Source: Bdellovibrionales bacterium (GTDB lineage: Bacteria; Bdellovibrionota; Bdellovibrionia; Bdellovibrionales; UBA1609). From it: a DNA stretch of 64,000 bases. The position numbers and the translations under genes were made by a program. Position 1 is the stretch's first letter. Each line of letters starts with the position of its first letter. Shown piece by piece: positions 18,278 to 28,463 of the stretch. A model generated the notes under the pieces. That model was not told the DNA's origin. It did not search any database and saw nothing but the letters and a program-made list of their open reading frames with translations. The stretch covers positions 416,001 to 480,000 of the forward strand of contig CBDHDF010000010.1 in NCBI GenBank assembly GCA_965261545.1, written 5' to 3'.

Positions 18278-18916
18278 TTGCTCATCTCTGTAACTATGGT
18301 GGCTATGTCTGCTGTTGTAGTTATGCCATTGGAGGTCTATGCCTACCACTCCGTCATGGATACAGGAAATATTATTGAAAGAGGCACATTTAAAGCACAG
18401 GTGGAAAATCAAATCGTTAGCTCTCCTGAAAACCGGCTCAATATCAATGCTCGCTTAGATATGGGATTAAACGAAGAAGCTGAATTTCGTGGTGTTATTG
18501 GAATAGGCGCCACAGACCTCCATGTGGGTGTGTTTTATAAGTGGATCCCCATTCCCGACTTCAGCCAACAACCTGCCGTCGGCCTACTTTCTGGGCTCAC
18601 CTATGCCTCATCAACAAAAGATAATAGCCTCACCCTCCACTTTAACCCCATTGTTAGCAAAACCTTTGAGATGGAACTTGGGGAAATCACTCCCTACGCC
18701 TCCCTCCCCATAGGTCTTCGCTCAACAAGTCGATATAACTCTAGCACCAAATTAGATATTCCCGTTCACCTCACCTTGGGGGGAGAACTTCGAACCACCC
18801 CGTGGGATAAGGTGCGGTTTATGGCTGAAATAAGCTTCAATATCCAAAACACTTTTAACTATTTTAACTTAGGTGCCAATATTAGCTTTGACGAAGAAGG
18901 CATGCTACTCAGATAG
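18278..18916 (+). CDS. Hypothetical outer-membrane beta-barrel protein
   Basis: Signal peptide, alternating beta-strand pattern and aromatic residue near the C-terminus. Confidence 0.6.
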   Translation: MLISVTMVAMSAVVVMPLEVYAYHSVMDTGNIIERGTFKAQVENQIVSSPENRLNINARLDMGLNEEAEFRGVIGIGATDLHVGVFYKWIPIPDFSQQPAVGLLSGLTYASSTKDNSLTLHFNPIVSKTFEMELGEITPYASLPIGLRSTSRYNSSTKLDIPVHLTLGGELRTTPWDKVRFMAEISFNIQNTFNYFNLGANISFDEEGMLLR

Positions 18917-18996
18917 GATTCAGGCAAGGCAATAGCCAAATCACAAATAAAAAATTTCAAATATCAATATCAATATCAATATCAAATAGGAATTGA

Positions 18997-20079
18997 GTGC
19001 AACCTCTACGCATAGCCCACTGGAATATTGAAAATCTTTTTGTCTACCTCCAAGGTCTTCACACCCAAGGTCCTCATTTAGATGCTCATACTGCTTTAGA
19101 TACTCGTGATTTTAGCTTAATGAGTGAAAAGCAATGGCAATCCATGTCCACCAAAGCCAGCGTTAAAAACAAGTCCCTAAAGAAACTACAACAGGTCAGA
19201 GATGTCATCCTTGATATAAATCCCGATATTCTCATGCTCAATGAGGTCGGTGGAGAAGCTTCCTTAAGAAACTTCACACACTACTTCTTAAATAATCAAT
19301 TTAATAACCATATCATCGAGGGCAACTCCCACCGAGGTATTGACGTAGCCTATTTAACTCGCAAAAACCTTCCTTTAAAAACATATCTCAACACCCACAA
19401 ACATCACCCTATTCCCTTGCATTATCCCTCCGATCCCCCCCTAACAACCTACTACTTTTCAAGGGATGCCTGTGAGCTCCACCTCCACGATGCCCAAAAC
19501 GACCAATTGAAGCTCATTTTGATTCTCACTCATCTTAAGTCAAAATTAGATCCCAAAAATATAGACCCCAAGGGAAAATTTCGAAGGGAGGCTGAACTCA
19601 AAGCTCTTGTGAAAATTTACAACAAGGCCCTCAACAAATACCCCGGCACACCTATCATCGTCGGTGGCGACTTTAACGGATGTGCCCAAAGAGACCATTT
19701 TGACTCTGAATATGAAGACCTTATCCTTCAAACAGACCTTATGGATGTTTTTGACCTTTGCCACCTTAAACCCAACCAAAGGTACACCCAAGTAGATTTC
19801 CCATTTAAAAGGGAGCCCCCACAATTTCTCCAACTGGATTATATCTTTGTTTCAAAGGCTCTTGAAAAAAGAGTCCAACCCCAAGAAACCTATGTTTATC
19901 GCTTTAAAGATCATAGAGGAAAAGAGCTGCCACCACCTAAGACCTACAGAGAAAAGCAAGACCTCCCCTCCGACCACTACCCCGTACTGACAAGTATTCT
20001 CTTGGATGAAATAGGTTGGATGAAAGAAATTGATGAAAGGCAGGACAATGTCTCAAGTGCCCCCAAAAAGAACTTCTAA
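18997..20079 (+). CDS. Endonuclease/exonuclease/phosphatase family protein
   Basis: WNIEN, LNEV, HLKSK, GDFN, LDYIF and SDHYP motifs. Confidence 0.9.
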   Translation: MQPLRIAHWNIENLFVYLQGLHTQGPHLDAHTALDTRDFSLMSEKQWQSMSTKASVKNKSLKKLQQVRDVILDINPDILMLNEVGGEASLRNFTHYFLNNQFNNHIIEGNSHRGIDVAYLTRKNLPLKTYLNTHKHHPIPLHYPSDPPLTTYYFSRDACELHLHDAQNDQLKLILILTHLKSKLDPKNIDPKGKFRREAELKALVKIYNKALNKYPGTPIIVGGDFNGCAQRDHFDSEYEDLILQTDLMDVFDLCHLKPNQRYTQVDFPFKREPPQFLQLDYIFVSKALEKRVQPQETYVYRFKDHRGKELPPPKTYREKQDLPSDHYPVLTSILLDEIGWMKEIDERQDNVSSAPKKNF

Positions 20080-20467
20080 AAAAAAACGAAGAGGTTATTT
20101 ATCCTCCTCTTCGGAAATACTACAAAGTGTACTTCAAGAGAAAAGCTCCCCCATATCAACTCAGTTCACACGCTGGAAACTCTGGCATTGTTGGGAAAAT
20201 GTGGTGGGCAAAGATATGGCTCAATATACAACACCTGTGGGTTATTTGAGAGGGCGGCTCTATATATGGGTTCGTCACCCCACTCACATGCAAAATTTGA
20301 TTTTCATGGTGGGACCCATTCGAGATAAAATCAATCAATTTATTGGGAGGAAGTGGGTGCAATCTATCCGCTTTACCTTGGATCGTCGGTCTGTCCCTGA
20401 GCAAGCTGAAATGAGTGAAGAATTTCGAAAATTTCTCTCCATGCCCTCTCCTTCAAAAAAAGATTGA
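20048..20467 (+). CDS. dciA: DUF721/DciA family protein (replicative helicase loader-like)
   Basis: W..VVG..A..T.P.....G.L.I.V....MQNL......I.DKIN...G...VQSIRF pattern. Confidence 0.8.
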   Translation: MSQVPPKRTSKKKRRGYLSSSSEILQSVLQEKSSPISTQFTRWKLWHCWENVVGKDMAQYTTPVGYLRGRLYIWVRHPTHMQNLIFMVGPIRDKINQFIGRKWVQSIRFTLDRRSVPEQAEMSEEFRKFLSMPSPSKKD

Positions 20468-20469
20468 AG

Positions 20470-21612
20470 TCACAAATACCCCTCTCTATCCATAAGACGA
20501 ACAGCTTGGGACTGCAAGAGTCCCGCTTTGACAATATCAACACGATCGGCCTTAAAGGGACCCAATTTCTTTAAAAAAGGTCCCCAAGGAACACGACTAT
20601 TCACAGGATACTCCATATTGGCCTCTACAAATAATTTCTGAGCCACAGGCTCCGAAAGCCACTCAAGAAGCCTTTGAGCCAATTGAGGTTGCTTTGACGA
20701 CTTCAAAAGGCCAGCTCCAGAAATATTGATATGAACTCCTCGCCCCTTCTGATTGGACCAGAAAACACGCACAGGTATGTGAGGTTTTTTCTTTAAAAGC
20801 TGCCCATAGTAATAGGTGTTGGCCACCCCCACATGGCAGAGCCCTGAACCAATAGCCTTCAATAATCGGGAGTCACTTGAAAAAACGGGAGCCACTAGGT
20901 TTTTCACCCAAGCACGAATGACTTTTCCTGTAGCATCTTCCCCATTGTGGGCAATCATAGTTGCCACGAGAGACTGATTGTAAACCTTCTTAGAAGTACG
21001 CAGGCAAAGTCTTCCTCGCCACTTCGAGGAGGCTAAATCTTCATAGGTTGAAAGCTCCTTCACATTCACCTTATTTGGATTGTAAAATATAGTGCGGGCT
21101 CTTTTTGAAAAACCAAACCAGTGATTTTCAGGGTCTTTTAAAAATGAAGGAATATTCTTTGCAAGGGGGATGGATGAAATACTCTGAAAGAGCCCCTCTT
21201 TACGAGCCAAGTATAAGTTCCCAGCATCCACTGTCATAAAAATATCCACAGAACTTGATTTCCCCTCACGAATCAATTTTTGAATCAACACCCCCGCTTT
21301 ATCCGTAAGATACTTCACTTGGATTCCCGTTTCTTTTTCAAAAGCCTTAAACACAGGTTTAATCAAATGCTCTTTGCGAGAGCTATAAACTGTCACTACC
21401 CTGGGAGTTGAAGGCGAAGTGGCCTTCTTAGAAGGATTGGAAGGGACGGCCGAGGAGGGCGCAGAGGGAGAGGCAAAAGGGGACGCGGAGGGTGCAGAGG
21501 CAGAAGGGGAGACAGAGGGAGAAGAGGCAAAGACCGGAGACTCAATGATAGAAGTCCAAGCAAGAGACAAAGTAAAAAACAAAATATGCGAAAGATAAAA
21601 TCTCATGCCCAT
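20470..21612 (-). CDS. Fe(3+) ABC transporter substrate-binding protein (FbpA/FutA-like) with Ser/Pro-rich N-terminal linker
   Basis: VYSSRKE, DIFMTVDAG, YNQSL, ANTYY and HINISGAG motifs. Confidence 0.92.
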   Translation of the reverse strand: MGMRFYLSHILFFTLSLAWTSIIESPVFASSPSVSPSASAPSASPFASPSAPSSAVPSNPSKKATSPSTPRVVTVYSSRKEHLIKPVFKAFEKETGIQVKYLTDKAGVLIQKLIREGKSSSVDIFMTVDAGNLYLARKEGLFQSISSIPLAKNIPSFLKDPENHWFGFSKRARTIFYNPNKVNVKELSTYEDLASSKWRGRLCLRTSKKVYNQSLVATMIAHNGEDATGKVIRAWVKNLVAPVFSSDSRLLKAIGSGLCHVGVANTYYYGQLLKKKPHIPVRVFWSNQKGRGVHINISGAGLLKSSKQPQLAQRLLEWLSEPVAQKLFVEANMEYPVNSRVPWGPFLKKLGPFKADRVDIVKAGLLQSQAVRLMDREGYL

Positions 21613-21621
21613 ACAAGCCTC

Positions 21622-22992
21622 CTATTCAAGAATATATTCTAAGCAAGAAAAAGCATTTTTAAGGAGGAAATACTCTTGGGTCTCCACCACTGTATTTTCT
21701 TTATAATACTCTTTTCTTCGTTCATCCAAATGGACTTGGAAAGCAACTAGGTCTCCTTTCTGTTCCTTAAAAACTTCACAATTGTCAAGAGAGAAAAGGT
21801 CATATTTTTTTTCTGTGGCCGCTTCCCCTGCGGTTGCTTCTCCTGAAGATTTTTCTATGAGTTTTTCTATGGGTTCTTCATCTTTTTTATTGACCCCAAT
21901 TTCGTCCTCGAACAAAGCATCCCAAGATGATTGAAGACGTTTTTGGTATTGAATGGTGGCTTTTTCCACATGAGCAAAATATTCTCTCGTTAATGGATTG
22001 CTGCTATTTTTTAGTTCTTCTATGAGTTGAAAGAGTTCCTTCGGTTTTTTCTGAAGCTGTGAGTGGGCGTGAAACTCCACAGAGCTCAATGCCGTATTTT
22101 CAGTGATTTGAAGAGCCATTTCCGTAATCTCTTGAAGAGAAGATTCAGAGATACCATAGCTATCAATATATTCCTGCGCAACATCCACAGATCTATATAT
22201 GCTATAAACGGTTCCCCATGATATCTCATTCATGTCCAAGCGAGGCCCAAGCAAAGAAGAGTAGCGCCCCCCCACAAAAGAACCTAAAAGCCTGTAGAGA
22301 GACCTAATGGGTCCCACCTGATTGTGGCCGTCTTGAGCTAAAAGCAACATTCCGTGAACCTCAGCAAATATTTCAGATTTATGAATATATTCTTCATCAA
22401 AATAGGCGAATCCAATGTTGAGTTCTACCATATACTTGTCATCAAGGCAGTGGGAAATTTCATGATAATCAGAAAGTTTACTTGCAATTTTTCTTGAAAG
22501 GATGTGCTTGACCTTCTTATTTTTATACTCTGGTACGTTCTTAAAATAAGACCAACGGAGAAGTCGATGTGCCTCTTGGTGAGCATTACCATTGGGGCTT
22601 GAAGGCAAGACAACACAAACCTCTTCAGGTGTTCCATAGTAAAGGGGAATACTCACGCGAGCTTCCGTTTCATAGTATCTCCTGATAAAATCAGCATCAT
22701 TGGATGAAAAATCCAAACCAGAATGCTTCTCTAGGAAATCTTCGACAATTTGATTGAGGTTTTTGCCCGTTATACTCTGCTGAACTTGCAATTCATCTCT
22801 ATCCACAATAACAATGGGCCGATTTGCTTTCACGGAACCAAAGCGTCTTTGAAGCTGAGCGATATACTTAGAGTACTCTGTCTGTGAATAAGAATTCCCC
22901 ACTGTCTTTGAGTGCGAGTAGGAAAATGTTAGAAAGACAAAAGAACCTACTAGCATGAATTTAAAGGTCTTTAAAAAACCAGTTTTTATCAT
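21622..22992 (-). CDS. Hypothetical secreted protein with HEXXH zinc-metallopeptidase motif
   Basis: Signal peptide. YHEISHCLD followed by HKSEIFAE. Confidence 0.6.
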   Translation of the reverse strand: MIKTGFLKTFKFMLVGSFVFLTFSYSHSKTVGNSYSQTEYSKYIAQLQRRFGSVKANRPIVIVDRDELQVQQSITGKNLNQIVEDFLEKHSGLDFSSNDADFIRRYYETEARVSIPLYYGTPEEVCVVLPSSPNGNAHQEAHRLLRWSYFKNVPEYKNKKVKHILSRKIASKLSDYHEISHCLDDKYMVELNIGFAYFDEEYIHKSEIFAEVHGMLLLAQDGHNQVGPIRSLYRLLGSFVGGRYSSLLGPRLDMNEISWGTVYSIYRSVDVAQEYIDSYGISESSLQEITEMALQITENTALSSVEFHAHSQLQKKPKELFQLIEELKNSSNPLTREYFAHVEKATIQYQKRLQSSWDALFEDEIGVNKKDEEPIEKLIEKSSGEATAGEAATEKKYDLFSLDNCEVFKEQKGDLVAFQVHLDERRKEYYKENTVVETQEYFLLKNAFSCLEYILE

Positions 22993-23330
22993 AATTACCC
23001 CCCTTGTTTATAATTCCCTCTTTATATGGTTATCTTTTTTTGTTACTCCTAGTTTTTTATTTCTATTCTGCTATTTTGTATTCATATTTTGTATTCACTT
23101 TCTAACCCCCAGAGGGGCAAACTAGGAAAGTGGTATCTGAAAACCCATAGTAAGACAAATACTTCATGGGAATTTAATACAAAATTGAAATATTTCATGT
23201 AACAATTTGTGTTAATTCATAAGCACAATAAAGAAATATGAGGTTCACTCTACGACTCCCCCCCAAAAAAATATAAAACGACCCTCATCCCTCTGCGTGG
23301 GCCAAAAGTGGACTTCCTTCCACAGGAGCC

Positions 23331-23359
23331 TTGACCTCCCCTAGGGCTTAAGTTAGCTT
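23331..23359 (+). promoter_or_regulatory. Possible sigma70 promoter of metG
   Basis: TTGACC-N17-TAGCTT upstream of the GGGAGG RBS. Confidence 0.4.
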
Positions 23360-23415
23360 ATTAGGGCCACTTTTAGGACCCACTTTCCATTCTTAGCCCT
23401 TAGCTGGGAGGCTTC

Positions 23416-25059
23416 ATGAACCATCGCACAATCATCGCCACATCTGCTCTTCCCTATGCCAATGGCTCCATTCACATAGGCCACTTGGTGGAATACCTTC
23501 AAACAGACTTTTGGGTGCGATTCCAAAAGATGCAGGGGCACCGGTGCCTCTATATATGTGCCGATGACACCCATGGAACTCCTATTATGATTCGAGCCCA
23601 AAAGGAAGGAATCACTCCCCAAGAGCTTATTGCTCAAAGTCAAAAAGAGCACCTTAAAGACTTCAAAGACTTTCAGATTGAGTTTGATGAATATTCATCC
23701 ACGCACTCCTCCACCAACCGAGAGCTTGTTTATAAGATCTTTGCCGCCATGGAAAGTAAAAAGCACTTATATGTAAAGAAGGTCCAACAAAGCTTCTGCG
23801 AACATGACAATATGTTTTTGCCCGATCGCTTTGTGAAGGGAACTTGTCCCCACTGCGAGGCCCACGATGAGTATGGAGATTCATGTAGTCAATGTGGTGC
23901 AACCTATTCGCCCACAGAGTTGAGCAACCCCTACTGTACCCTCTGCGGAAACCCTCCCTCTAAAAAAACCAGCGAGCATTTATTTTTTAAGCTCAATGAT
24001 TTTCATTCATTTCTCAATAGCTGGGTCCCTCAACACACCCCCAAGGAGGTTTCCAACAAACTTAGGGAGTGGTTGGACGATGAATTAAAAGACTGGGATA
24101 TCTCACGGGATGCCCCCTACTTTGGCTTTGAAATTCCTGGACATCCCAAAAAATATTTTTACGTTTGGGTGGATGCTCCTGTGGGCTACTTATCCACAAC
24201 AAAACTTTGGTGTGAAAAAAATGGTAAGAATTTTGAGTCCTTTTGGAACCATGAAAACACTGAGATATTTCACTTTATAGGCAAAGATATCGTTTACTTT
24301 CATACGCTGTTCTGGCCAGCTATGCTAGAAAGTGCTGGGTACCAAAAACCTCGCCAAGTTTTTGTCCATGGATTCTTAACGATCAATGGTGAGAAGATGA
24401 GCAAATCCAAAGGGACCTTTATCGGGGCTCGAAATTACCTCAACCACCTCAATCCCACCTACCTTCGCTACTACTATGCCTGCAAGCTCCGAGGTGTGGA
24501 AGATATTGATCTCAATCTTACAGATTTTAGACAAAGAGTGAATGCTGATCTGATTGGAAAGATCACCAACCTTGGCTCCCGTGGAGCCCAAATGCTCAAC
24601 AAAAAATTTCAAGGAATGACTTTAGAACTTTCCACAGAGGGGCGCACTCTTTTTCAGGAGATTCAGGGCTTTTCTAGTACGATGGCTGAATTTTACGAGA
24701 ATCTCAATTTTTCAAAGGCTCTTAGAGAAATTTGTCACCTTGCAGATAAAGCCAACCGTTACTTTGACCAACAGGCTCCTTGGAAACTTATGAAAACGAG
24801 CCAAGACGAAGACAAAAAACAAGCCCACAAGGTTCTTACCGACGCTCTCAATATGTTTCGTCTTCTGGCCATTTACCTCAAACCCATTCTTCCCGAATAC
24901 ACAAAGAAAGTAGAAAAACTTTTTGGAGAATCTCCCTACCAATGGCCTTCTTTGCAAAATGCTTTTGAACACAAAGCCATTCATACCTACGAACATCTCG
25001 CCACCCGTATAGAAGCCGAAAAGATAGAAGAAATGATCAAAGTTGCAAAGAAGACATAG
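23416..25059 (+). CDS. metG: Methionine--tRNA ligase (no C-terminal dimerisation domain)
   Basis: PYANGSIHIGH, two zinc knuckles, YVWVDAP and KMSKS motifs. Confidence 0.98.
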   Translation: MNHRTIIATSALPYANGSIHIGHLVEYLQTDFWVRFQKMQGHRCLYICADDTHGTPIMIRAQKEGITPQELIAQSQKEHLKDFKDFQIEFDEYSSTHSSTNRELVYKIFAAMESKKHLYVKKVQQSFCEHDNMFLPDRFVKGTCPHCEAHDEYGDSCSQCGATYSPTELSNPYCTLCGNPPSKKTSEHLFFKLNDFHSFLNSWVPQHTPKEVSNKLREWLDDELKDWDISRDAPYFGFEIPGHPKKYFYVWVDAPVGYLSTTKLWCEKNGKNFESFWNHENTEIFHFIGKDIVYFHTLFWPAMLESAGYQKPRQVFVHGFLTINGEKMSKSKGTFIGARNYLNHLNPTYLRYYYACKLRGVEDIDLNLTDFRQRVNADLIGKITNLGSRGAQMLNKKFQGMTLELSTEGRTLFQEIQGFSSTMAEFYENLNFSKALREICHLADKANRYFDQQAPWKLMKTSQDEDKKQAHKVLTDALNMFRLLAIYLKPILPEYTKKVEKLFGESPYQWPSLQNAFEHKAIHTYEHLATRIEAEKIEEMIKVAKKT

Positions 25060-25117
25060 TTCACCTGACTTTCTTGCTTGCTTGCTTTCTCTGGAAAGAT
25101 ATGACATATCATGGCCT

Positions 25118-25576
25118 ATGGAGCCTCGTTTAAAGCCCTCTTCAAAATGGACCTCTCTTCCCAAAGAGCAGCTTCAGCAAATCAAAGAGGCTTTTGCTGA
25201 AAAATTCAAAGAAGCTCTCCAGGGGGGAGCCATTTTAGTGGAGGGGCGAATTTACTCAGAAGAGCTTATTTTGTGTGTGGGTTACGCCAAATCCCTGGCT
25301 TTGAAGCAGAGCAGCTTTGAAGTTTCCTTGCAATACGACAAAGACAAACAAAATGCACTGAAACTCATCTATAAGGCCGTGGATTGTATTGAGTCCATGA
25401 TGCATGAGTATTTTTCCCACCAAGAAAAAATAGAACTCCCTAGATCATGGCACCCCCTCAAATTTGAAGGACAAGAGGTGTTTGTTCAATATTCCACGGT
25501 CAATACAGAACTTGAAGCTTGGGCCAACCAACTTCTGGGTAAGTCCTCCTCCAATGGCCTTATTCAAGACACCTAG
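25118..25576 (+). CDS. Hypothetical protein
   Basis: Clean ORF after metG. Likely start MEPRLKPSSKW. Confidence 0.7.
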   Translation: MEPRLKPSSKWTSLPKEQLQQIKEAFAEKFKEALQGGAILVEGRIYSEELILCVGYAKSLALKQSSFEVSLQYDKDKQNALKLIYKAVDCIESMMHEYFSHQEKIELPRSWHPLKFEGQEVFVQYSTVNTELEAWANQLLGKSSSNGLIQDT

Positions 25577-25642
25577 TTTCTAGGAAAAAGGAGGTATGGG
25601 GGCACTTGTGGGTAACTAACTTGCGGGCAACTTGTGAGTAAC

Positions 25643-25978
25643 TTACACTAGCTTCTTCAAACGATAACCTAAGGGGGCTCCGCTCAATGCCAATATCCCC
25701 CCCAGCGTTCCCACAAGGAGATAACATGAATAGAGATAAAGCGTGGAAGAGGGCACTCCCAGAAGCCCTGTGATTCTTTGGCCCATAAGGTATTGAGAGC
25801 GAAAGTCAAAATAACAGCAAAGGCTTGTCCAAAATATAAAGTAAAGAGCAAAAGGCAAACCCAAGGACTGTTTCCAAGATGAAGAGAAATAACCTATGAA
25901 CACTCCCACGAGACAAGGCCCCCACCAAGGAAGCCAATACGAACATAAAACAAGGAAAATCGCAATCCAGTAAATCAT
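25643..25978 (-). CDS. Hypothetical membrane protein
   Basis: Hydrophobic 111 aa, translationally adjacent to the acylase. Confidence 0.7.
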   Translation of the reverse strand: MIYWIAIFLVLCSYWLPWWGPCLVGVFIGYFSSSWKQSLGLPFALYFIFWTSLCCYFDFRSQYLMGQRITGLLGVPSSTLYLYSCYLLVGTLGGILALSGAPLGYRLKKLV

Positions 25979-25979
25979 T

Positions 25980-28463
25980 TTATTTGGCTCCCAGGGGTTT
26001 GAGGATCGTCAAAGAAGGGAGCGAAGTAGAATCCGAAGAAGAACCCTCAACCTGAGATTGAAAAAATAGAGGCGGCGGCGGTGATTTATAAAAAATCATT
26101 TCCCTCATTTCTCCTCGAGCCCAAGATTCTACAAACGCTGAGTAGTCGGGGTCAAAGGGGTTTCCAGAATGGCCCCCTGGGTAATTGATCCACCCTCGAA
26201 TGTCATCTTCTCCAATTTCCACCACCATTTTCCAGGAGGGGCCATGAACTCCATTGTTCGCCAGTATGCTGCTACCCGTGCCCCCCATGGTCACCACCTC
26301 TGCAAATCCAGGAATACGTAAAAGATGGGGCAACTTTGTTTCTTGCATCTTTTCCCATAACCAACCTTTGGAGTCAGGACCTAATTTTTTTTCTAAGTCG
26401 GACCAAGCTTTAAAAAAAGACTCATGCAAAAGGTCCTTAAAATCTTCCACCTCGGGGCTGTGGATATCATCCACCCACTTGAGAGACCATGGATCCCCTT
26501 GAGCTGCTTTCACAACAGTCTGAACCGTAGAGGACTTAGGTGGTTTCATAAAAGCCCCACCAATAGATAGCTGATCTTCCCAAATCATGTCCCTCAAATG
26601 CCGATACCAAACCATAAAAAGAGATGGCTCTGCAAGGTCAACTCTGTAATCACCCTCCCATTTTCTTAAACTCTCTAAAGCTTGCAACTGCTGGGGCTTT
26701 AAACGATTTGGATCCATGTTTTCCACCATAGATAACTTGACATCCTGGGTAAACAAATCCGATGCATCATTTTGAATATTCATCATCCCTTGGGGGGTGT
26801 GCTGACGGCTTGCCTTCAAGTGGCGATCAATGGCCAAGGCTCGATAAGAGTCCTTGTAATCCCAACCTAGATAAAGATGACCTTGGGGGCCCACACCTAG
26901 CTGGTTGGCCGAGAGGACGTAACCTCTCAAAGGGTTGATCTCAGAAGGCAACTCATCTTTATCCAACCATTCCCCCCAGTCGTGGTCCAAGCGGCGGCCA
27001 TTGAGAATATAGCGACCTTGCTCGCTCCACTTACGAGGGAGCAAACCATTGTGCCAAATACCTATGTTATTGGCATCCGCACAAATAATGTTCATCGCAG
27101 GGGAATCCAAGTGAACACGAGCCTCCTTGCATTCTTCAAAATTTTTAGCTCGATTTAAATTTAAAAAAGCCGAAAACTCATTGGACGCCTCGTGAAGAGC
27201 CGTTTTAAAAACCAAGGCAAGGGGACCTTTTCTATCAAAAACCACTCCGTGGTGAGTCCAAATGAGGTCCATCCACATGGGTTCTTTTCTTCCACGAATG
27301 AAAATTTTCTCTTGAATTTTTCTAGCCTTTTTCCACACACCATCATGTTTGTACTCAAGACTATTCTCGTCTTTAAACTCGACTTCATACCAATCGGAAA
27401 CATCAGATCCTACATTGGTAACAGCCCAAGCCACTTTTTCTGTCATACCCAAAACAACTCCAGGTGCTCCTGGTAGGGCTGCCCCGTAAACATTGAAGTC
27501 TGGTGTGTGAATCTGAAGTTCATACCAAATAGAGGGAAGGATGTAGAGAAGATGAGGATCATTGGCCACAAGGGTTTTTCTGTTTTTGGTATGACTTGGA
27601 TGAATGGCCCAGTTATTACTGCCGCTAGCTCTGTATTTCTTTGAAAAAGGGTCGACAGGTTCACCAGTACCGAGCCCACTGAGAAACTTATCCTGAAGAG
27701 AGGGAGCAAGTTTTTTGGAAAATCTAAAATTTCTTGCTATTGGCAGTGAGTTGTAACGGAATGTGGGGAAAAGCTTTTCTACTTTTTCAAACCCATACTT
27801 TTGAGCCAATTTTGTTAACTCGCGATCATAACCCCCTCTTGTTAATATCCAACCCATATACTGCATAATCCCAATGAGACGAATGGGTTTCCATTTTTCT
27901 GGAAAGGCTCCAATAAATTTATACTCCACGGGAAGATCCCCTGCTCTTTTGATTTGATCAATATAGGCGTTGACTCCAGAGGTATAAGCCACAAAAGCCT
28001 GTGAAGAAATGGGGTTTTTCATGACTTCTTTTATTTTTCTTCTGGCCACCTCTTTAAAGCCAAGCCTTGTGGTCAAAATATCTTTTTCTATCAAAATAGA
28101 TTTAGAATTTAATTCAGAAAGGGTTCCAAGCCCAATGCGTGTCACCACATCCATCTGAAACAAGCGATCTAAGGCCAAAAGGTAGCCCTGAGTAAAATAG
28201 GCATCTTTAATATTTTGTGCAAAAATATGGGGAACATTGTGAATATCCCAATAAATTTTAACAGGAGCCCTCAAACCCTGAAGTGCCAACTCCGTGGGAC
28301 GCTTTCGGGGAATATTTTGCCATAAACCTGAAACAGGGCTTAAAAGAGGACCTATGGGAGGAACCGGCCCCCAAGACCTTCCCAAAGCCAAAAGCACTGT
28401 CATCGCCACAAAAACATGTATAAGCCATAGGAGAACCCCACGCTTAAAGGGCATCACTTGCAC
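25980..28463 (-). CDS. Penicillin acylase family (Ntn hydrolase, S45)
   Basis: VPHIFA, DRLFQMD, GSNNWA, ANDPHL and PGGHSGNP motifs. Confidence 0.95.
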   Translation of the reverse strand: MQVMPFKRGVLLWLIHVFVAMTVLLALGRSWGPVPPIGPLLSPVSGLWQNIPRKRPTELALQGLRAPVKIYWDIHNVPHIFAQNIKDAYFTQGYLLALDRLFQMDVVTRIGLGTLSELNSKSILIEKDILTTRLGFKEVARRKIKEVMKNPISSQAFVAYTSGVNAYIDQIKRAGDLPVEYKFIGAFPEKWKPIRLIGIMQYMGWILTRGGYDRELTKLAQKYGFEKVEKLFPTFRYNSLPIARNFRFSKKLAPSLQDKFLSGLGTGEPVDPFSKKYRASGSNNWAIHPSHTKNRKTLVANDPHLLYILPSIWYELQIHTPDFNVYGAALPGAPGVVLGMTEKVAWAVTNVGSDVSDWYEVEFKDENSLEYKHDGVWKKARKIQEKIFIRGRKEPMWMDLIWTHHGVVFDRKGPLALVFKTALHEASNEFSAFLNLNRAKNFEECKEARVHLDSPAMNIICADANNIGIWHNGLLPRKWSEQGRYILNGRRLDHDWGEWLDKDELPSEINPLRGYVLSANQLGVGPQGHLYLGWDYKDSYRALAIDRHLKASRQHTPQGMMNIQNDASDLFTQDVKLSMVENMDPNRLKPQQLQALESLRKWEGDYRVDLAEPSLFMVWYRHLRDMIWEDQLSIGGAFMKPPKSSTVQTVVKAAQGDPWSLKWVDDIHSPEVEDFKDLLHESFFKAWSDLEKKLGPDSKGWLWEKMQETKLPHLLRIPGFAEVVTMGGTGSSILANNGVHGPSWKMVVEIGEDDIRGWINYPGGHSGNPFDPDYSAFVESWARGEMREMIFYKSPPPPLFFQSQVEGSSSDSTSLPSLTILKPLGAK

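Noticed and set aside
18961..18984. (ATATCA)x4 as operator or CRISPR remnant
   Set aside because: Simple microsatellite with no spacers or cas genes. It fits the general duplication pattern.
23416..25059. MetG lacking the C-terminal tRNA-binding domain as a truncation
   Set aside because: Short monomeric MetRS forms are common and all catalytic motifs are present.
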